Origin: an uncultured Candidatus Saccharibacteria bacterium
GTDB taxonomy: Bacteria > Patescibacteriota > Minisyncoccia > Phycocordibacterales > PALSA-1337
DNA length: 64,000 nucleotides
Direction: 5' to 3'
NCBI GenBank assembly: GCA_964459225.1
Contig: CAYWKB010000001.1
Span: 289,318-353,317 of the forward strand
The number at the start of each line of letters is the position of its first letter. Positions within the stretch are counted from its first letter, which is position 1. Shown piece by piece: positions 28,770 through 38,892 of this stretch. The position numbers and the translations under genes were made by a program. Under the pieces are notes generated by a model that saw nothing but the letters and a program-made list of their open reading frames with translations, ran no database searches and had not been told where the DNA came from.

Positions 28770-28816
28770 TTTATATTTTGTCTTGATCACAATTTCCTTC
28801 TAGTCAATTAAATACA

Positions 28817-28933
28817 ATGCTTAAAATATTAAATTTTACATTATGGTTAATTGCAGCACCCTTTGTACTATTTGGAGTCTTTATTGCTGTATCTGTTTTT
28901 CCTAAATGGGAAGAATGGGGTAAGGATTTCTAA
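28817..28933 (+). CDS. Putative 38-aa single-TM peptide (below ORF-track cutoff)
   Basis: MLKILNFTLWLIAAPFVLFGVFIAVSVFPKWEEWGKDF fills most of the ppa-zwf gap. Confidence 0.45.
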   Translation: MLKILNFTLWLIAAPFVLFGVFIAVSVFPKWEEWGKDF

Positions 28934-28954
28934 AGTGTGATAAAATTCCTCCAC

Positions 28955-30355
28955 ATGCAGATAAACATATCACCTACAACTTTTATTATTCTCGGTATAA
29001 CTGGTGACTTGGCGGGTAGGAAATTATTGCCGGCATTACTTAGTCTTTATGTAAACAAGGAATTACCAAGTAAATTTGCTATTGTGGGTTTTTCAAGAAG
29101 GTCATTTACTCGTGAGGAATTCCGGGATTTTATTCGTACCCATATGAATATTAAGCCAGGGCAATTCCGTGAAGAGGACGTTAAGCATTTTATCGATCAC
29201 ATATATTATGAGCAGGGGAATTTTGATACCGCTTCTTCATATGCACAATTAGCACAGAGATTGAGAAATATCGATGATAATTTCAAGCAATGTTCAAATA
29301 AGCTTTTCCATTTATCTACACCGCCATCTCTCTATGAATCTATTTTTATTCATTTGCATAATTCTGGTTTAACAATACCTTGTGGTGGTAATGAAGGATG
29401 GACTCGAATATTAGTTGAAAAGCCTTTTGGAAATGATATTGAAACTGCAAAAAAGTTAGACAAAAAATTAGCAGAGCTCTTTGATGAAAGTCAGATATTT
29501 AGAATAGATCACTATCTCGCAAAAGAAGCATTGCAAAATATCATTTCGTTCCGTTTCTCTAATTCACTTTTTGAGCCTTTATGGAATAAAAATCATATAG
29601 ACAAAGTTCATATCAAATTAGTTGAAAAAATAGGGGTTGGAAGTCGTGGTGCTACATATGATTCTATCGGTGCTTTAAAAGATGTTGGACAAAACCATGT
29701 ATTACAAATGCTTGCCCTCATAGCTATGGAGACACCAAAGGCATTTGATGCAGAGAATATAAGAAAGGAGAGGGCAAATGTTTTAAAAAATCTAGTAACT
29801 ATTAATTCAAAAAATGTATCATCAAGTATTGTTCGTGGACAATATGAGGGATATAGGCATGAAATGGGTGTTAAAGAGCATACACAAACAGAAACGTATT
29901 TTCGGCTAGAGTCATATATAGATAATAAAAGATGGAAAGGCGTACCATTTTTTCTTGAAAGTGGAAAAGAAATGTCAGAAACAAAAGCTGAGATAAATAT
30001 TTATTTCAAAGACACATCAAATATAGAGGGATTGGGAGATGATAGACAAAATATCTTAACTTTCAGAATTCAACCTGATGAAATGATTAAAATAAGATTT
30101 TGGGTTAAGACACCAGGCTTTACAATGAATACTGAACCAAAGACATTAAAGTTTAAATACAGCGACTTTCAATCACAAGCGACTTTACCAGATGCTTATG
30201 AGAGGGTAATATATGATGCAATACTTGGCGATCAAACTTTGTTTACAAGTACCGATGAAGTTATATACGCATGGAAATACATAACTTCAATTATTAATAA
30301 TTGGAATTCTGTACCACTTACAATATACAAAAAGGGTACAGCAATAGTAATTTAA
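28955..30355 (+). CDS. zwf: Glucose-6-phosphate 1-dehydrogenase
   Basis: GITGDLA, VEKPFG, RIDHYLAKE, DVGQNH, DAYER; ATG 28955 preferred. Confidence 0.97.
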   Translation: MQINISPTTFIILGITGDLAGRKLLPALLSLYVNKELPSKFAIVGFSRRSFTREEFRDFIRTHMNIKPGQFREEDVKHFIDHIYYEQGNFDTASSYAQLAQRLRNIDDNFKQCSNKLFHLSTPPSLYESIFIHLHNSGLTIPCGGNEGWTRILVEKPFGNDIETAKKLDKKLAELFDESQIFRIDHYLAKEALQNIISFRFSNSLFEPLWNKNHIDKVHIKLVEKIGVGSRGATYDSIGALKDVGQNHVLQMLALIAMETPKAFDAENIRKERANVLKNLVTINSKNVSSSIVRGQYEGYRHEMGVKEHTQTETYFRLESYIDNKRWKGVPFFLESGKEMSETKAEINIYFKDTSNIEGLGDDRQNILTFRIQPDEMIKIRFWVKTPGFTMNTEPKTLKFKYSDFQSQATLPDAYERVIYDAILGDQTLFTSTDEVIYAWKYITSIINNWNSVPLTIYKKGTAIVI

Positions 30356-30367
30356 TTTTATAATAAA

Positions 30368-30595
30368 ATGTTTCAAAACTTTTTACTTAAGACAATGCTT
30401 AAAAAGCAATTAAAAGGATTACCTGAAGACGAGCAAAATAAGATTTTTAATATGATAGAAAAAAACCCAGACTTTTTTATGAAAATCGCCACAGAAGCAC
30501 AAGAAAAAATAAAGGGAGGTATGAATCAGCAAGATGCAATGATGGCAGTAATGAAAAATCACGAAACAGAGCTAAGGGAAGTGATGGGCAAGTAG
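30368..30595 (+). CDS. Small Met-rich helical hypothetical protein
   Basis: 75 aa, NPDFF, many Met; 12 nt after zwf. Confidence 0.75.
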   Translation: MFQNFLLKTMLKKQLKGLPEDEQNKIFNMIEKNPDFFMKIATEAQEKIKGGMNQQDAMMAVMKNHETELREVMGK

Positions 30596-30644
30596 AATCA
30601 GGTCAGCACTTGCGTTATTTTATGATATATGTTATGTTAATTTC

Positions 30645-30784
30645 GGTCTAGGTTCTTTGAGGGGTTTCTTCGGCGGGGTTTCCTCCCCATAAAAACCCTA
30701 CCTCCTTGGCTCCTTCAGGGGACCTAGGCCACACTCCACTTACCAAACCTCATTCGAGGCCGAGTTTGGTAAGTGGACTTTTTT
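30645..30784 (+). ncRNA. Candidate GC-rich rod-shaped sRNA with terminator
   Basis: TTGCGT-17-TATGTT promoter; ~20-bp closing stem 30645/30730; 14-bp hairpin TCCACTTACCAAAC/GTTTGGTAAGTGGA plus T-tract. Confidence 0.65.
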
Positions 30785-31208
30785 ATATCTCAGACCTATT
30801 TTTGACTGCAATTAATGCAAGTACAAGAGTATAGATAATATGATCATCTATTATGGGATTATTTTCTGGCATAAGTAGAGCCGTATACATTAACATGAGC
30901 ATAATACCTCCTGCTATACATCCCCATTTTACATATTTATTAAATATCAAAGTGATACCAACAAAGAGTAGTCCAAGCATAAACATCCAATCAACAAAAA
31001 CATTACCAGCAAGACTATGGAAAAATGAAGCAAAAGGTCCCTTAACAGCATAAGTCAAAAAGCCAAAAGTAGGGGAAACACCATCTATCCATGCACTACC
31101 TGATTTTGTAGCAAAACCCAAACCAAATACCTTATCAAAAAATGCCCAAAGAAAGATAAAGCTCATTGATAAACGTAACAATAACATAACAATTTTTTCT
31201 TTTTTCAT
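30783..31208 (-). CDS. DoxX/TQO small-subunit-like membrane protein
   Basis: LRLSMSFIFLWAFFDKVFG, SPT.GFL, NNPIIDDH; about 4 TM. Confidence 0.85.
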   Translation of the reverse strand: MKKEKIVMLLLRLSMSFIFLWAFFDKVFGLGFATKSGSAWIDGVSPTFGFLTYAVKGPFASFFHSLAGNVFVDWMFMLGLLFVGITLIFNKYVKWGCIAGGIMLMLMYTALLMPENNPIIDDHIIYTLVLALIAVKNRSEI

Positions 31209-31289
31209 ATTATTAATAATAACACCTATAAAATATTGGGCTGTGCATAACTATTTACAAAATAAGATATTGTTGTAACATGACTACAG

Positions 31290-31572
31290 TTATGCTCCCA
31301 ATAGTAAGTGCATATTTCCTATCCTTGGTGCTTAACAGTTTCTTTTTTGGTCTACAGAAAGTAAGACCAGTCTTAAAAGGAAACCTACCCTGGACTCAAG
31401 AGGTTCAGGATTTCAGTACGTTTAGCAGGTCACATACAAAATCAAATGTGGCCGGCAGCTACGGGATTGCACAACCCATATTGTGTCCACGCACAAGGTA
31501 TAAGATGCCTTTGCGACGCCACTAATTTAAAATGATCCGTCCGTCCCCACCCAGGGACGGCGGATTTTGTTT
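31290..31572 (+). ncRNA. Candidate ~280-nt multi-hairpin ncRNA
   Basis: At least five stems whose G-U pairs work on plus, ending in ATCCGTCCGTCCC/GGGACGGCGGAT-TTTGTTT; 5' end uncertain. Confidence 0.55.
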
Positions 31573-31606
31573 ATTTTGCTAATACTGCTATATTTATGTT
31601 TACAAA

Positions 31607-32878
31607 ATGAAATGGTTAATAAATAGATTTGATTCAGACGTATTTTTCAGGAAGTATTTAATATATTTTTCTGGATCTATGATTGTGGCATTTCTGAATT
31701 ATATTTTTCACCCACTACTAGGAAGGATACTAAGTCCAAGCGATTTTGGTGATATTCAGGCATTAATATCCTTAATTGCACAATCATCTGTAATATTGGG
31801 TGCATTTTCAGTTATTGTTGTAAATGTAACTGCAAATATTGATAATGAAAATGAAAGAAATGCGATAATATCTGAATTACAAAAAATATCATTCTATTTG
31901 ATTGGTTTTATTTTTATTATTTTATTATTATCTATATCATTTATAAAAAACTATTTTAATTTTGAGACTTTTTACCCACTTTTTGGTTTGGCATTAATAT
32001 TGCCAATAAGTGCAATGGCGTCTTTTAGAAGTTCATTTTTACAGGGCAAGGGTGACTTTTATGGACTATCAATCGCTCAGATAATATCATCATCTGGAAG
32101 ATTAGTATTATCATTATTATTTGTTTATTTAGGATTTAAAGTATTTGGAGCAACACTTGGTATTGTGCTTACAAATCTTCTATCACTAATATATTTATAT
32201 TTTAAAACAAAAGATAATTTAATTTTAAATAGAAAAGTTAATATTCACGTCTTAGAAAAAGGAAGTATAAGTAAGGAATTAATATATGGAATACTTGTAT
32301 TCTTTTCTACTATTTTAATAACTATTTTTTACACATCAGATGTATTAATAATTAAGCATTACTTTGATTCAAATACTGCGGGGTTATATAGCGGAATTTC
32401 AGCAATAGCTAAAATATTATTTTTTGCCATTGGTCCAACATCAGCAGTATTGTTATCATCAATTAAATTAAAAAATAGTTTTAAGGAAAATTCAAAAAAC
32501 TTGTCAAAATCATTAATAATTTCCTTGATAATAGGAATACTCGGCATGTTTACATTTTATATGTTTAATGATATGGTTGTGGGTATAATGATTGGTGATA
32601 ATTACATTCAATATGCTAATTATCTACCTAAAATAGGGTTACTGATGTTCTTAACAGCTATCGCAAATATATTTATATACTACTATCTTGCATTAAGAAG
32701 ATTTTTCCTCATCCTAATTTCAATTGTTGGAGGAATATCAATAATTTCAATATTATTAGCAGAACATAGTAATATACAAAATGTGTTAAATAGTTTAACA
32801 GTATCAGTCTCTATAATAATTATCTTGTTAGTATTTACATATGCAAAAGACTATATCAATAGTAATACCCGTATATAA
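31607..32878 (+). CDS. Wzx-type oligosaccharide flippase
   Basis: About 12 TM, LGRILSPSDFG, SDVLIIKHYF..AGLYS. Confidence 0.9.
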   Translation: MKWLINRFDSDVFFRKYLIYFSGSMIVAFLNYIFHPLLGRILSPSDFGDIQALISLIAQSSVILGAFSVIVVNVTANIDNENERNAIISELQKISFYLIGFIFIILLLSISFIKNYFNFETFYPLFGLALILPISAMASFRSSFLQGKGDFYGLSIAQIISSSGRLVLSLLFVYLGFKVFGATLGIVLTNLLSLIYLYFKTKDNLILNRKVNIHVLEKGSISKELIYGILVFFSTILITIFYTSDVLIIKHYFDSNTAGLYSGISAIAKILFFAIGPTSAVLLSSIKLKNSFKENSKNLSKSLIISLIIGILGMFTFYMFNDMVVGIMIGDNYIQYANYLPKIGLLMFLTAIANIFIYYYLALRRFFLILISIVGGISIISILLAEHSNIQNVLNSLTVSVSIIIILLVFTYAKDYINSNTRI

Positions 32879-33779
32879 TGAGGAAAAAAATATTCCAGCT
32901 ATTTATCTTGCATTAAAAGAAGTCTTAAAAAATCTAAATTATAATTATGAAATAATTTATGTGAATGATGGATCAGATAAAGATAATTCACAAATAGAAA
33001 TAGAAAAAATATCAAGAGATGACGATCAAGTAAAATACATAGAATTTTCAAGAAATTTTGGCAAAGAATACGCAACAACAGCAGGTATATCTCATGCAAT
33101 TGGTGATGCAGTACTTACAATAGATTCAGATTTACAGCATCCAGTAAGCTTAATACCAGACTTTATAAAAAAATGGGAAAACGGAATAGAGGTAGTTATT
33201 GGAATAAGAGATGGAAATAAAGGACAAACATTTATTAAAAAAATATGTTCAAATCTTTACTACAAAATAATTAATCTAATAAGTGATACACCAATACAAT
33301 CAGGAGCAACAGATTATAGATTATTAGATAGAAAGGTTGTGGATGAATTTAACAAACTTTCTGAACATAATAGAATGACAAGAGGGTTAATAGATTGGAT
33401 GGGATATAAAAGAGATTTTATAAATTTTGTAGCAGATAAAAGGAAAAACGGAAATGCTTCATATTCATTTATAAAATTAATTAAATTAGCAATATCATCA
33501 GCAATTTCACATAGTCTAGTACCATTAAAGATAGCAGGGTATTTAGGAATATTTACAACAATATTTTTTGGAATAATAGGTGCAATAGTTTTTACAGAAA
33601 GATATTTATATAATGATGTATTAGGTTGGTATATATCAGGCACAGCACAGCTTGGGATATTACTCGCATTTTTTGCAGGAATAATGCTTATATGTTTGGG
33701 TTTGATAGCTTTATATATAGGTAATATATATAATGAAGTTTCAGGAAGACCGCTATATATAATAAGAAATAAGAAATAA
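32841..33779 (+). CDS. GT2 polyprenyl-phosphate glycosyltransferase (GtrB-like)
   Basis: SIVIPVYNEE, VNDGS, FSRNFGKE, DSDLQHP, two C-terminal TM. Confidence 0.93.
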   Translation: MQKTISIVIPVYNEEKNIPAIYLALKEVLKNLNYNYEIIYVNDGSDKDNSQIEIEKISRDDDQVKYIEFSRNFGKEYATTAGISHAIGDAVLTIDSDLQHPVSLIPDFIKKWENGIEVVIGIRDGNKGQTFIKKICSNLYYKIINLISDTPIQSGATDYRLLDRKVVDEFNKLSEHNRMTRGLIDWMGYKRDFINFVADKRKNGNASYSFIKLIKLAISSAISHSLVPLKIAGYLGIFTTIFFGIIGAIVFTERYLYNDVLGWYISGTAQLGILLAFFAGIMLICLGLIALYIGNIYNEVSGRPLYIIRNKK

Positions 33780-33780
33780 A

Positions 33781-34881
33781 ATGAATATATTATGGTTTAC
33801 ATGGAAGGATAGAAAAAATCCTCTTGCTGGTGGGGCGGAGTTTTTTAATGAGGGACTTGCAAAGAAGTTGGTAGAAAATGGACATAACTTAATATTTATA
33901 GTGGGGGGATCGAATGGATTGCCCGACGAGGAGTACAGGAATGGGTTTAAAATCATTAGAGTCGGTAATAAATTCAGTGTATATATAAGAGCATATTTTT
34001 TCTATAAGAGATATCTAAGTCACTGGCCAGAAATTGTTATAGATGAAATGAATACATTGCCTTTTTTCACTAAATTTTATGTTAAACAGAGAAGTATACT
34101 GATTGTTCATCAATTATGCAGAGAGATATGGTTTTATCAAATGCCTTACCCCTTAAATTTAATTGGATATTTTTTAGAACCTATTTATTTAAGGTTATTG
34201 AATGATATGAAGATTATGACTGTATCAGATAGTACAAAAAATGATTTATTAAAATTCGGTTTTTTGGAAAGGAATATATCTATATTACCTGAGGGTATAG
34301 AAGTAAGTAAGATCTCAAATGTCAGTAAATTAGTAAAATTCAATAAAGTAACATTACTTTCTTTTGGTACAATAAGACCAATGAAAAGAACATTGCATAT
34401 TATTAAGGCATTTGAGTTAGCAAAAAAGAAATTTAAGGATCTTGAGTTGATTGTGGCTGGAGATGTACAAGGTCGATATGGTAGAAAAGTAATAAAATAT
34501 ATAAATAAATCAATTTATAGAGATTCTATTAAATATTTAGGTAAAGTTAATTTCGATATAAAAATGGAATTAATGCAAAAATCTCATTTGATTATCGCAA
34601 CTTCTGTAAAGGAGGGTTGGGGGCTTACTATTTCGGAAGCAAATAGTCAGGGTACTCCAGCTGTGGTCTATAATGTTGATGGTTTAAGGGATTCTGTAAA
34701 AAATCTTTATTCAGGATTAATCTGTGATAAAAATAATCCCTTAGATTTATCTATTAAAATTTTGCAAGCTTTAGATGAAAAAGTTTATGATTCATTGTCT
34801 AGGAATTGTTATGAATTTGTAAAACCATTGAATTTTAAAAATTGCTACGATAAGTTTATTTTTAATATATCCAATGAATAA
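33781..34881 (+). CDS. GT4 glycosyltransferase
   Basis: AGGAE, S..EGWGLTISEA. Confidence 0.92.
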   Translation: MNILWFTWKDRKNPLAGGAEFFNEGLAKKLVENGHNLIFIVGGSNGLPDEEYRNGFKIIRVGNKFSVYIRAYFFYKRYLSHWPEIVIDEMNTLPFFTKFYVKQRSILIVHQLCREIWFYQMPYPLNLIGYFLEPIYLRLLNDMKIMTVSDSTKNDLLKFGFLERNISILPEGIEVSKISNVSKLVKFNKVTLLSFGTIRPMKRTLHIIKAFELAKKKFKDLELIVAGDVQGRYGRKVIKYINKSIYRDSIKYLGKVNFDIKMELMQKSHLIIATSVKEGWGLTISEANSQGTPAVVYNVDGLRDSVKNLYSGLICDKNNPLDLSIKILQALDEKVYDSLSRNCYEFVKPLNFKNCYDKFIFNISNE

Positions 34882-35791
34882 TATAAACAAGATATCAATA
34901 GTCATTTGTGCGTTAAATGAAGAGAAAAATATAGGTAATCTTTTGTACGATATAATTGAACAAGATTTAAATAACCTCTGTAATTCTTTAGTCTATCAGA
35001 TAATAGTTGTGTCAGACGGGTCAACGGATAATACAATAAACATTGTAGGTCAATTACAAAAAAAAGATAATAGAATAAAATTAATTATTAATGAATTTAG
35101 AATGGGTAAGATATTTTGCCTTGATAAGGTTTTTAGAGATTTGGATTCCGATTTTGCCATACTTTTTGACGCAGATATAAGACTTGATAAAAACACCATT
35201 GAAACTTTATTAAAAACTTCTTTTAACTCTGGTAATATGTATGATTTGATCGGCGGCAACCCCGTGCCTTTTTATCACGATCACGATTTTAATATTGCTA
35301 GAAATGCATCATTCTTCAGTTGGTTGTTGGTACAAAAAATTAAAAAGTTTAATCCTAAAAGTATATATTGCTCACATGGTAGGATCTTAATGTTATCAAA
35401 AAAATTGTATAAAAAATTAAATATCGGCTTATTAAGTTCACCAGGTGATGATCAGTATATTTTTTTAATGAGTAGTAATTTTTATTATGAGAAAGAAGCC
35501 ATTGTAAGGTATTTCTTGCCAAATACCATTGGAGACTACATAAAGCAGAATACTAGATTTAGAAAGGCTAAATTGTTGAGGGGTTTATCCGTATTTAACA
35601 AAGAGCACGTTAGGGAAAGTTTTAATATAAAAAATAAGTATATTATATTAATTCAGTTAATTTTAACATACCCATTTAAAGCGCTTTGCTGGGTGATTTT
35701 GTATATGCTAGGCTATTTAAAGTTTAAAATTTTAATACAAAATTCTATGGATATTAATAGGATCTGGGGTGAAGTAAAAAGTACTAAGTAG
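34874..35791 (+). CDS. GT2 glycosyltransferase
   Basis: SIVICALNEE, SDGSTD, DAD. Confidence 0.9.
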   Translation: MNNINKISIVICALNEEKNIGNLLYDIIEQDLNNLCNSLVYQIIVVSDGSTDNTINIVGQLQKKDNRIKLIINEFRMGKIFCLDKVFRDLDSDFAILFDADIRLDKNTIETLLKTSFNSGNMYDLIGGNPVPFYHDHDFNIARNASFFSWLLVQKIKKFNPKSIYCSHGRILMLSKKLYKKLNIGLLSSPGDDQYIFLMSSNFYYEKEAIVRYFLPNTIGDYIKQNTRFRKAKLLRGLSVFNKEHVRESFNIKNKYIILIQLILTYPFKALCWVILYMLGYLKFKILIQNSMDINRIWGEVKSTK

Positions 35792-35792
35792 T

Positions 35793-36962
35793 ATGATATA
35801 TATTGTTATATATAACTCATTAGATGCAGCGGGTGGGGTAGAGAGAGTGGCGGCAAATATATTAAAAAATTTACCACACAACTTTGAAACAAGCAAGATA
35901 ACTGTTTTGTGTACTGATAATAAATTAGAAAGACATTTCTATTACAATAAATTTAAATGTGTAAATATATATGTTCATAAGTTCAAAATACTAGAAAAGA
36001 TATTTAGATTATCTAGAATTATTTATTCTTTTAAAATTTTATTTTTTATTTTAAGAAATATTAAGGATAATGATATTGTTCACTTTCATGGTTATGAATA
36101 CACGTTTGCGACAAGAATTTTTAGGTCGATAATTAAGAGGAAATTTACTTTATTAGTCACCATCCATGGATCATTTTATGATGCTCATACAAAATACACC
36201 GTGCAAAACCTACCAAATAGATTTATTCCAGTAAAAATATTATTTTATTTTTTTAGATTCTATTTCTTTATTATTGAAAGATTTTTTGCTAATAATATAG
36301 ATTACTACGTATTCATTACTGAATATCTGAAAGATTTTTATTTTAAAACATATAAAATCAATAGACGTTATTCTATAATTAATAATGGATTATACCTTAA
36401 TTCTCGTAAATACAAAATAAATTATGGAATTGATGAAACCGTACGATTTGTAATAGTAGGCTCATCTTTTTATGGTAAGGGTTTAGATGTAGCGTTAGAG
36501 TCAATAAAGAGATTATATAATAAAGGCTTCAATGTAGAACTAAATATTATTGGATTTCATAGTGATAAAAGACGTATTGAGAAACACGACTCAAAGTATA
36601 TAAAATATTTTGGTCAAGTCGATTCCGGATTAGTGTCCATGATATTGAGTGAATGCGATATACTAGTATTTCCAAGTAGGAACGAAGGTTTTCCGTTGGC
36701 AATTTTAGAATCAATTAGTTGTGGATTACCAGTAATCGTGAGTAAGGACTCAAAATTTTCGGAACTTAATGATAATCAAATGATGGGTATAATTGTTAGG
36801 GATTATAAGATTGATAATTGGGTTGATTGCATGAAATTTATGATTAATAATATCGATTATTATAAGAATAATATTAAAAATTATGATTTTTCAAGATATT
36901 TGTGGCTGGGGGTGTCAAAAAAATATTTAGATATTTACATAAACTTTCATGAAAATAATTAA
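35793..36962 (+). CDS. GT4 glycosyltransferase
   Basis: GGVER, KGLD, PSRNEGFPLAILES. Confidence 0.92.
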   Translation: MIYIVIYNSLDAAGGVERVAANILKNLPHNFETSKITVLCTDNKLERHFYYNKFKCVNIYVHKFKILEKIFRLSRIIYSFKILFFILRNIKDNDIVHFHGYEYTFATRIFRSIIKRKFTLLVTIHGSFYDAHTKYTVQNLPNRFIPVKILFYFFRFYFFIIERFFANNIDYYVFITEYLKDFYFKTYKINRRYSIINNGLYLNSRKYKINYGIDETVRFVIVGSSFYGKGLDVALESIKRLYNKGFNVELNIIGFHSDKRRIEKHDSKYIKYFGQVDSGLVSMILSECDILVFPSRNEGFPLAILESISCGLPVIVSKDSKFSELNDNQMMGIIVRDYKIDNWVDCMKFMINNIDYYKNNIKNYDFSRYLWLGVSKKYLDIYINFHENN

Positions 36963-38892
36963 AGATAAATTTGGGTATATAATTCTCGGTATCTTTCTAG
37001 TAAAGCTCTTTTTACTTACATGGTCTGCTCACCCGTTCGATTTTTGGGCATTTGTAAATACAATTCAAAGAAACACATTATATGGTTGGAATGTATTTGA
37101 ATCATGGAATAAGGGGAATATAATAATACTTTTATGGTACCCGCTATATTCATTATACTTAGTAATGTTACAAATTACACACAGTGTAATCGATAATATT
37201 TTATTGTTACACCTTTTTTTCAAATTACCTTTTTTACTGGTTGATTTGGTGTCAGCATTTTATATCTATAAAATAATATTATGTTATACGAATAATCAGT
37301 CTATTGCCAAGAAAAGTTTTATGATCTGGTTTACAAATCCAATCGTATTTTACACATACGGAATACATGGTCATTATGAAATACTTGTTGCTCTGTCTAT
37401 TATATTAATAATTTACGGACTTATTAATAAATCGGTAATCTATTTATGTATCGGTTTAATTTTGGGTATCGAGACAAAATATTTCTTCATTATATTTTTA
37501 CCATTTATAATTATATATTTTTTAAGTCAAAAAAGAATAAAGGATTTGTTTTTTTTGGTATTTCTTACTTGTATGGGGCTACTTTTATCTTTTATTCATG
37601 TCTTCTTTAATCCAATATTATTTACTCAGATAATTAATTCAATAAATAATTTATCCAAAATCAATAATCAGCAAGTTTTTCAGGTGTTAAAAATGCCTGC
37701 AACAAATATATTCTCATCAATTAATTACTTATTTAAACCACTAATGCCAATTAATAATATAGATAATGAATTGTTATTCAAAGTAGCTTCTAATGGATTA
37801 ATGATTGTTGCTCTTATTTTATTAGTACATATTATTTTTAGAGTAGTAAGAATATTTATTTATTCAATTAATTATAGTAATACAATTATTATAAAAGATA
37901 TATTTATCTCATTGTGTTATTTACTAGTATTTCTATCTAGTTTCCAGTTGCATTATATGATTTGGCTAATTCCCTTTCTAATTTTCTACTGTGTTATAGA
38001 TAATAATAATATCCTGATCTATTTATTTGTATTATTAACAGTTGTGGGTACGATCCTTTCCTTCAGGGGAGAGCTGGGTACTTATACTTTTTTCCTTGAC
38101 CTACTTAATAATCAGAGCATCGAACTATTCTCTCTTTCAAGTAGATATTTGGCTATTGTATATAGAGAAGGTATGCTTATTATTTTTACTATAATTTTAT
38201 CTGCTATGTATATAATTTATGATGGCATGCAAAAAAAATATCATATCATAAATAAAACTACTGGTTATAATGTTTATGTTATATATCTTGGTATTTCTAT
38301 AATTTTGTGGGTAATTATTATAATTCCATATATACAAATTTTTAGATTATATATTCATCAAAAAAATCATCAAACAGAATTAGCATATAGTAGAATAAGC
38401 AATATTAATAGAGGTTTTATCTCTGCTACTTATAAATTTTCTCATATAAATGATAATAAGATTTACTTTGATGATCATAATTCAACAATCTTCTACGGGG
38501 TCAAAAAATTAGACCCATTTAATAAGAATAATTTTTCAATAAATATTATTCTCCCATTAGATAATGGTTATAGTATAAAAAGAGAAGTATTTTTTAACGA
38601 ATGCCCCGTAAATTACCATAAAAATGATGAAACTGAAATGTTAGAGATTTACTCATCAATCGATTGTTTAAAATCAGAGAATAACTATATCAGCAATATA
38701 TATGATTACCCGCAGTTAGATAGATTGAAAATTACCGTTAAAAATCATGAAGTCGATTATGTCTACTCACCAAGTATGAAGTATGTGGTAATACTCATGT
38801 CCCTGTTAGGAATATTGTATATAATAATGTCTATTTATATTATATATAGTATAGTAATGTCAGTTTCCTCATCTAAAAATAAGATAAATTAA
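36949..38892 (+). CDS. Polytopic membrane protein, GT-C (GT87-like) candidate
   Basis: HPFD in first loop, KLPFLLVD, WFTNP, many TM segments. Confidence 0.65.
   Translation: MKIIKDKFGYIILGIFLVKLFLLTWSAHPFDFWAFVNTIQRNTLYGWNVFESWNKGNIIILLWYPLYSLYLVMLQITHSVIDNILLLHLFFKLPFLLVDLVSAFYIYKIILCYTNNQSIAKKSFMIWFTNPIVFYTYGIHGHYEILVALSIILIIYGLINKSVIYLCIGLILGIETKYFFIIFLPFIIIYFLSQKRIKDLFFLVFLTCMGLLLSFIHVFFNPILFTQIINSINNLSKINNQQVFQVLKMPATNIFSSINYLFKPLMPINNIDNELLFKVASNGLMIVALILLVHIIFRVVRIFIYSINYSNTIIIKDIFISLCYLLVFLSSFQLHYMIWLIPFLIFYCVIDNNNILIYLFVLLTVVGTILSFRGELGTYTFFLDLLNNQSIELFSLSSRYLAIVYREGMLIIFTIILSAMYIIYDGMQKKYHIINKTTGYNVYVIYLGISIILWVIIIIPYIQIFRLYIHQKNHQTELAYSRISNINRGFISATYKFSHINDNKIYFDDHNSTIFYGVKKLDPFNKNNFSINIILPLDNGYSIKREVFFNECPVNYHKNDETEMLEIYSSIDCLKSENNYISNIYDYPQLDRLKITVKNHEVDYVYSPSMKYVVILMSLLGILYIIMSIYIIYSIVMSVSSSKNKIN

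Noticed and set aside
30645-30730. SRP (4.5S) RNA
   Set aside because: Lacks the conserved CAGG-GNRA-AGCA domain IV motif.
31280-31525. 81-aa ORF
   Set aside because: No RBS or family motif; the region is better explained by RNA stems. Not fully excluded.
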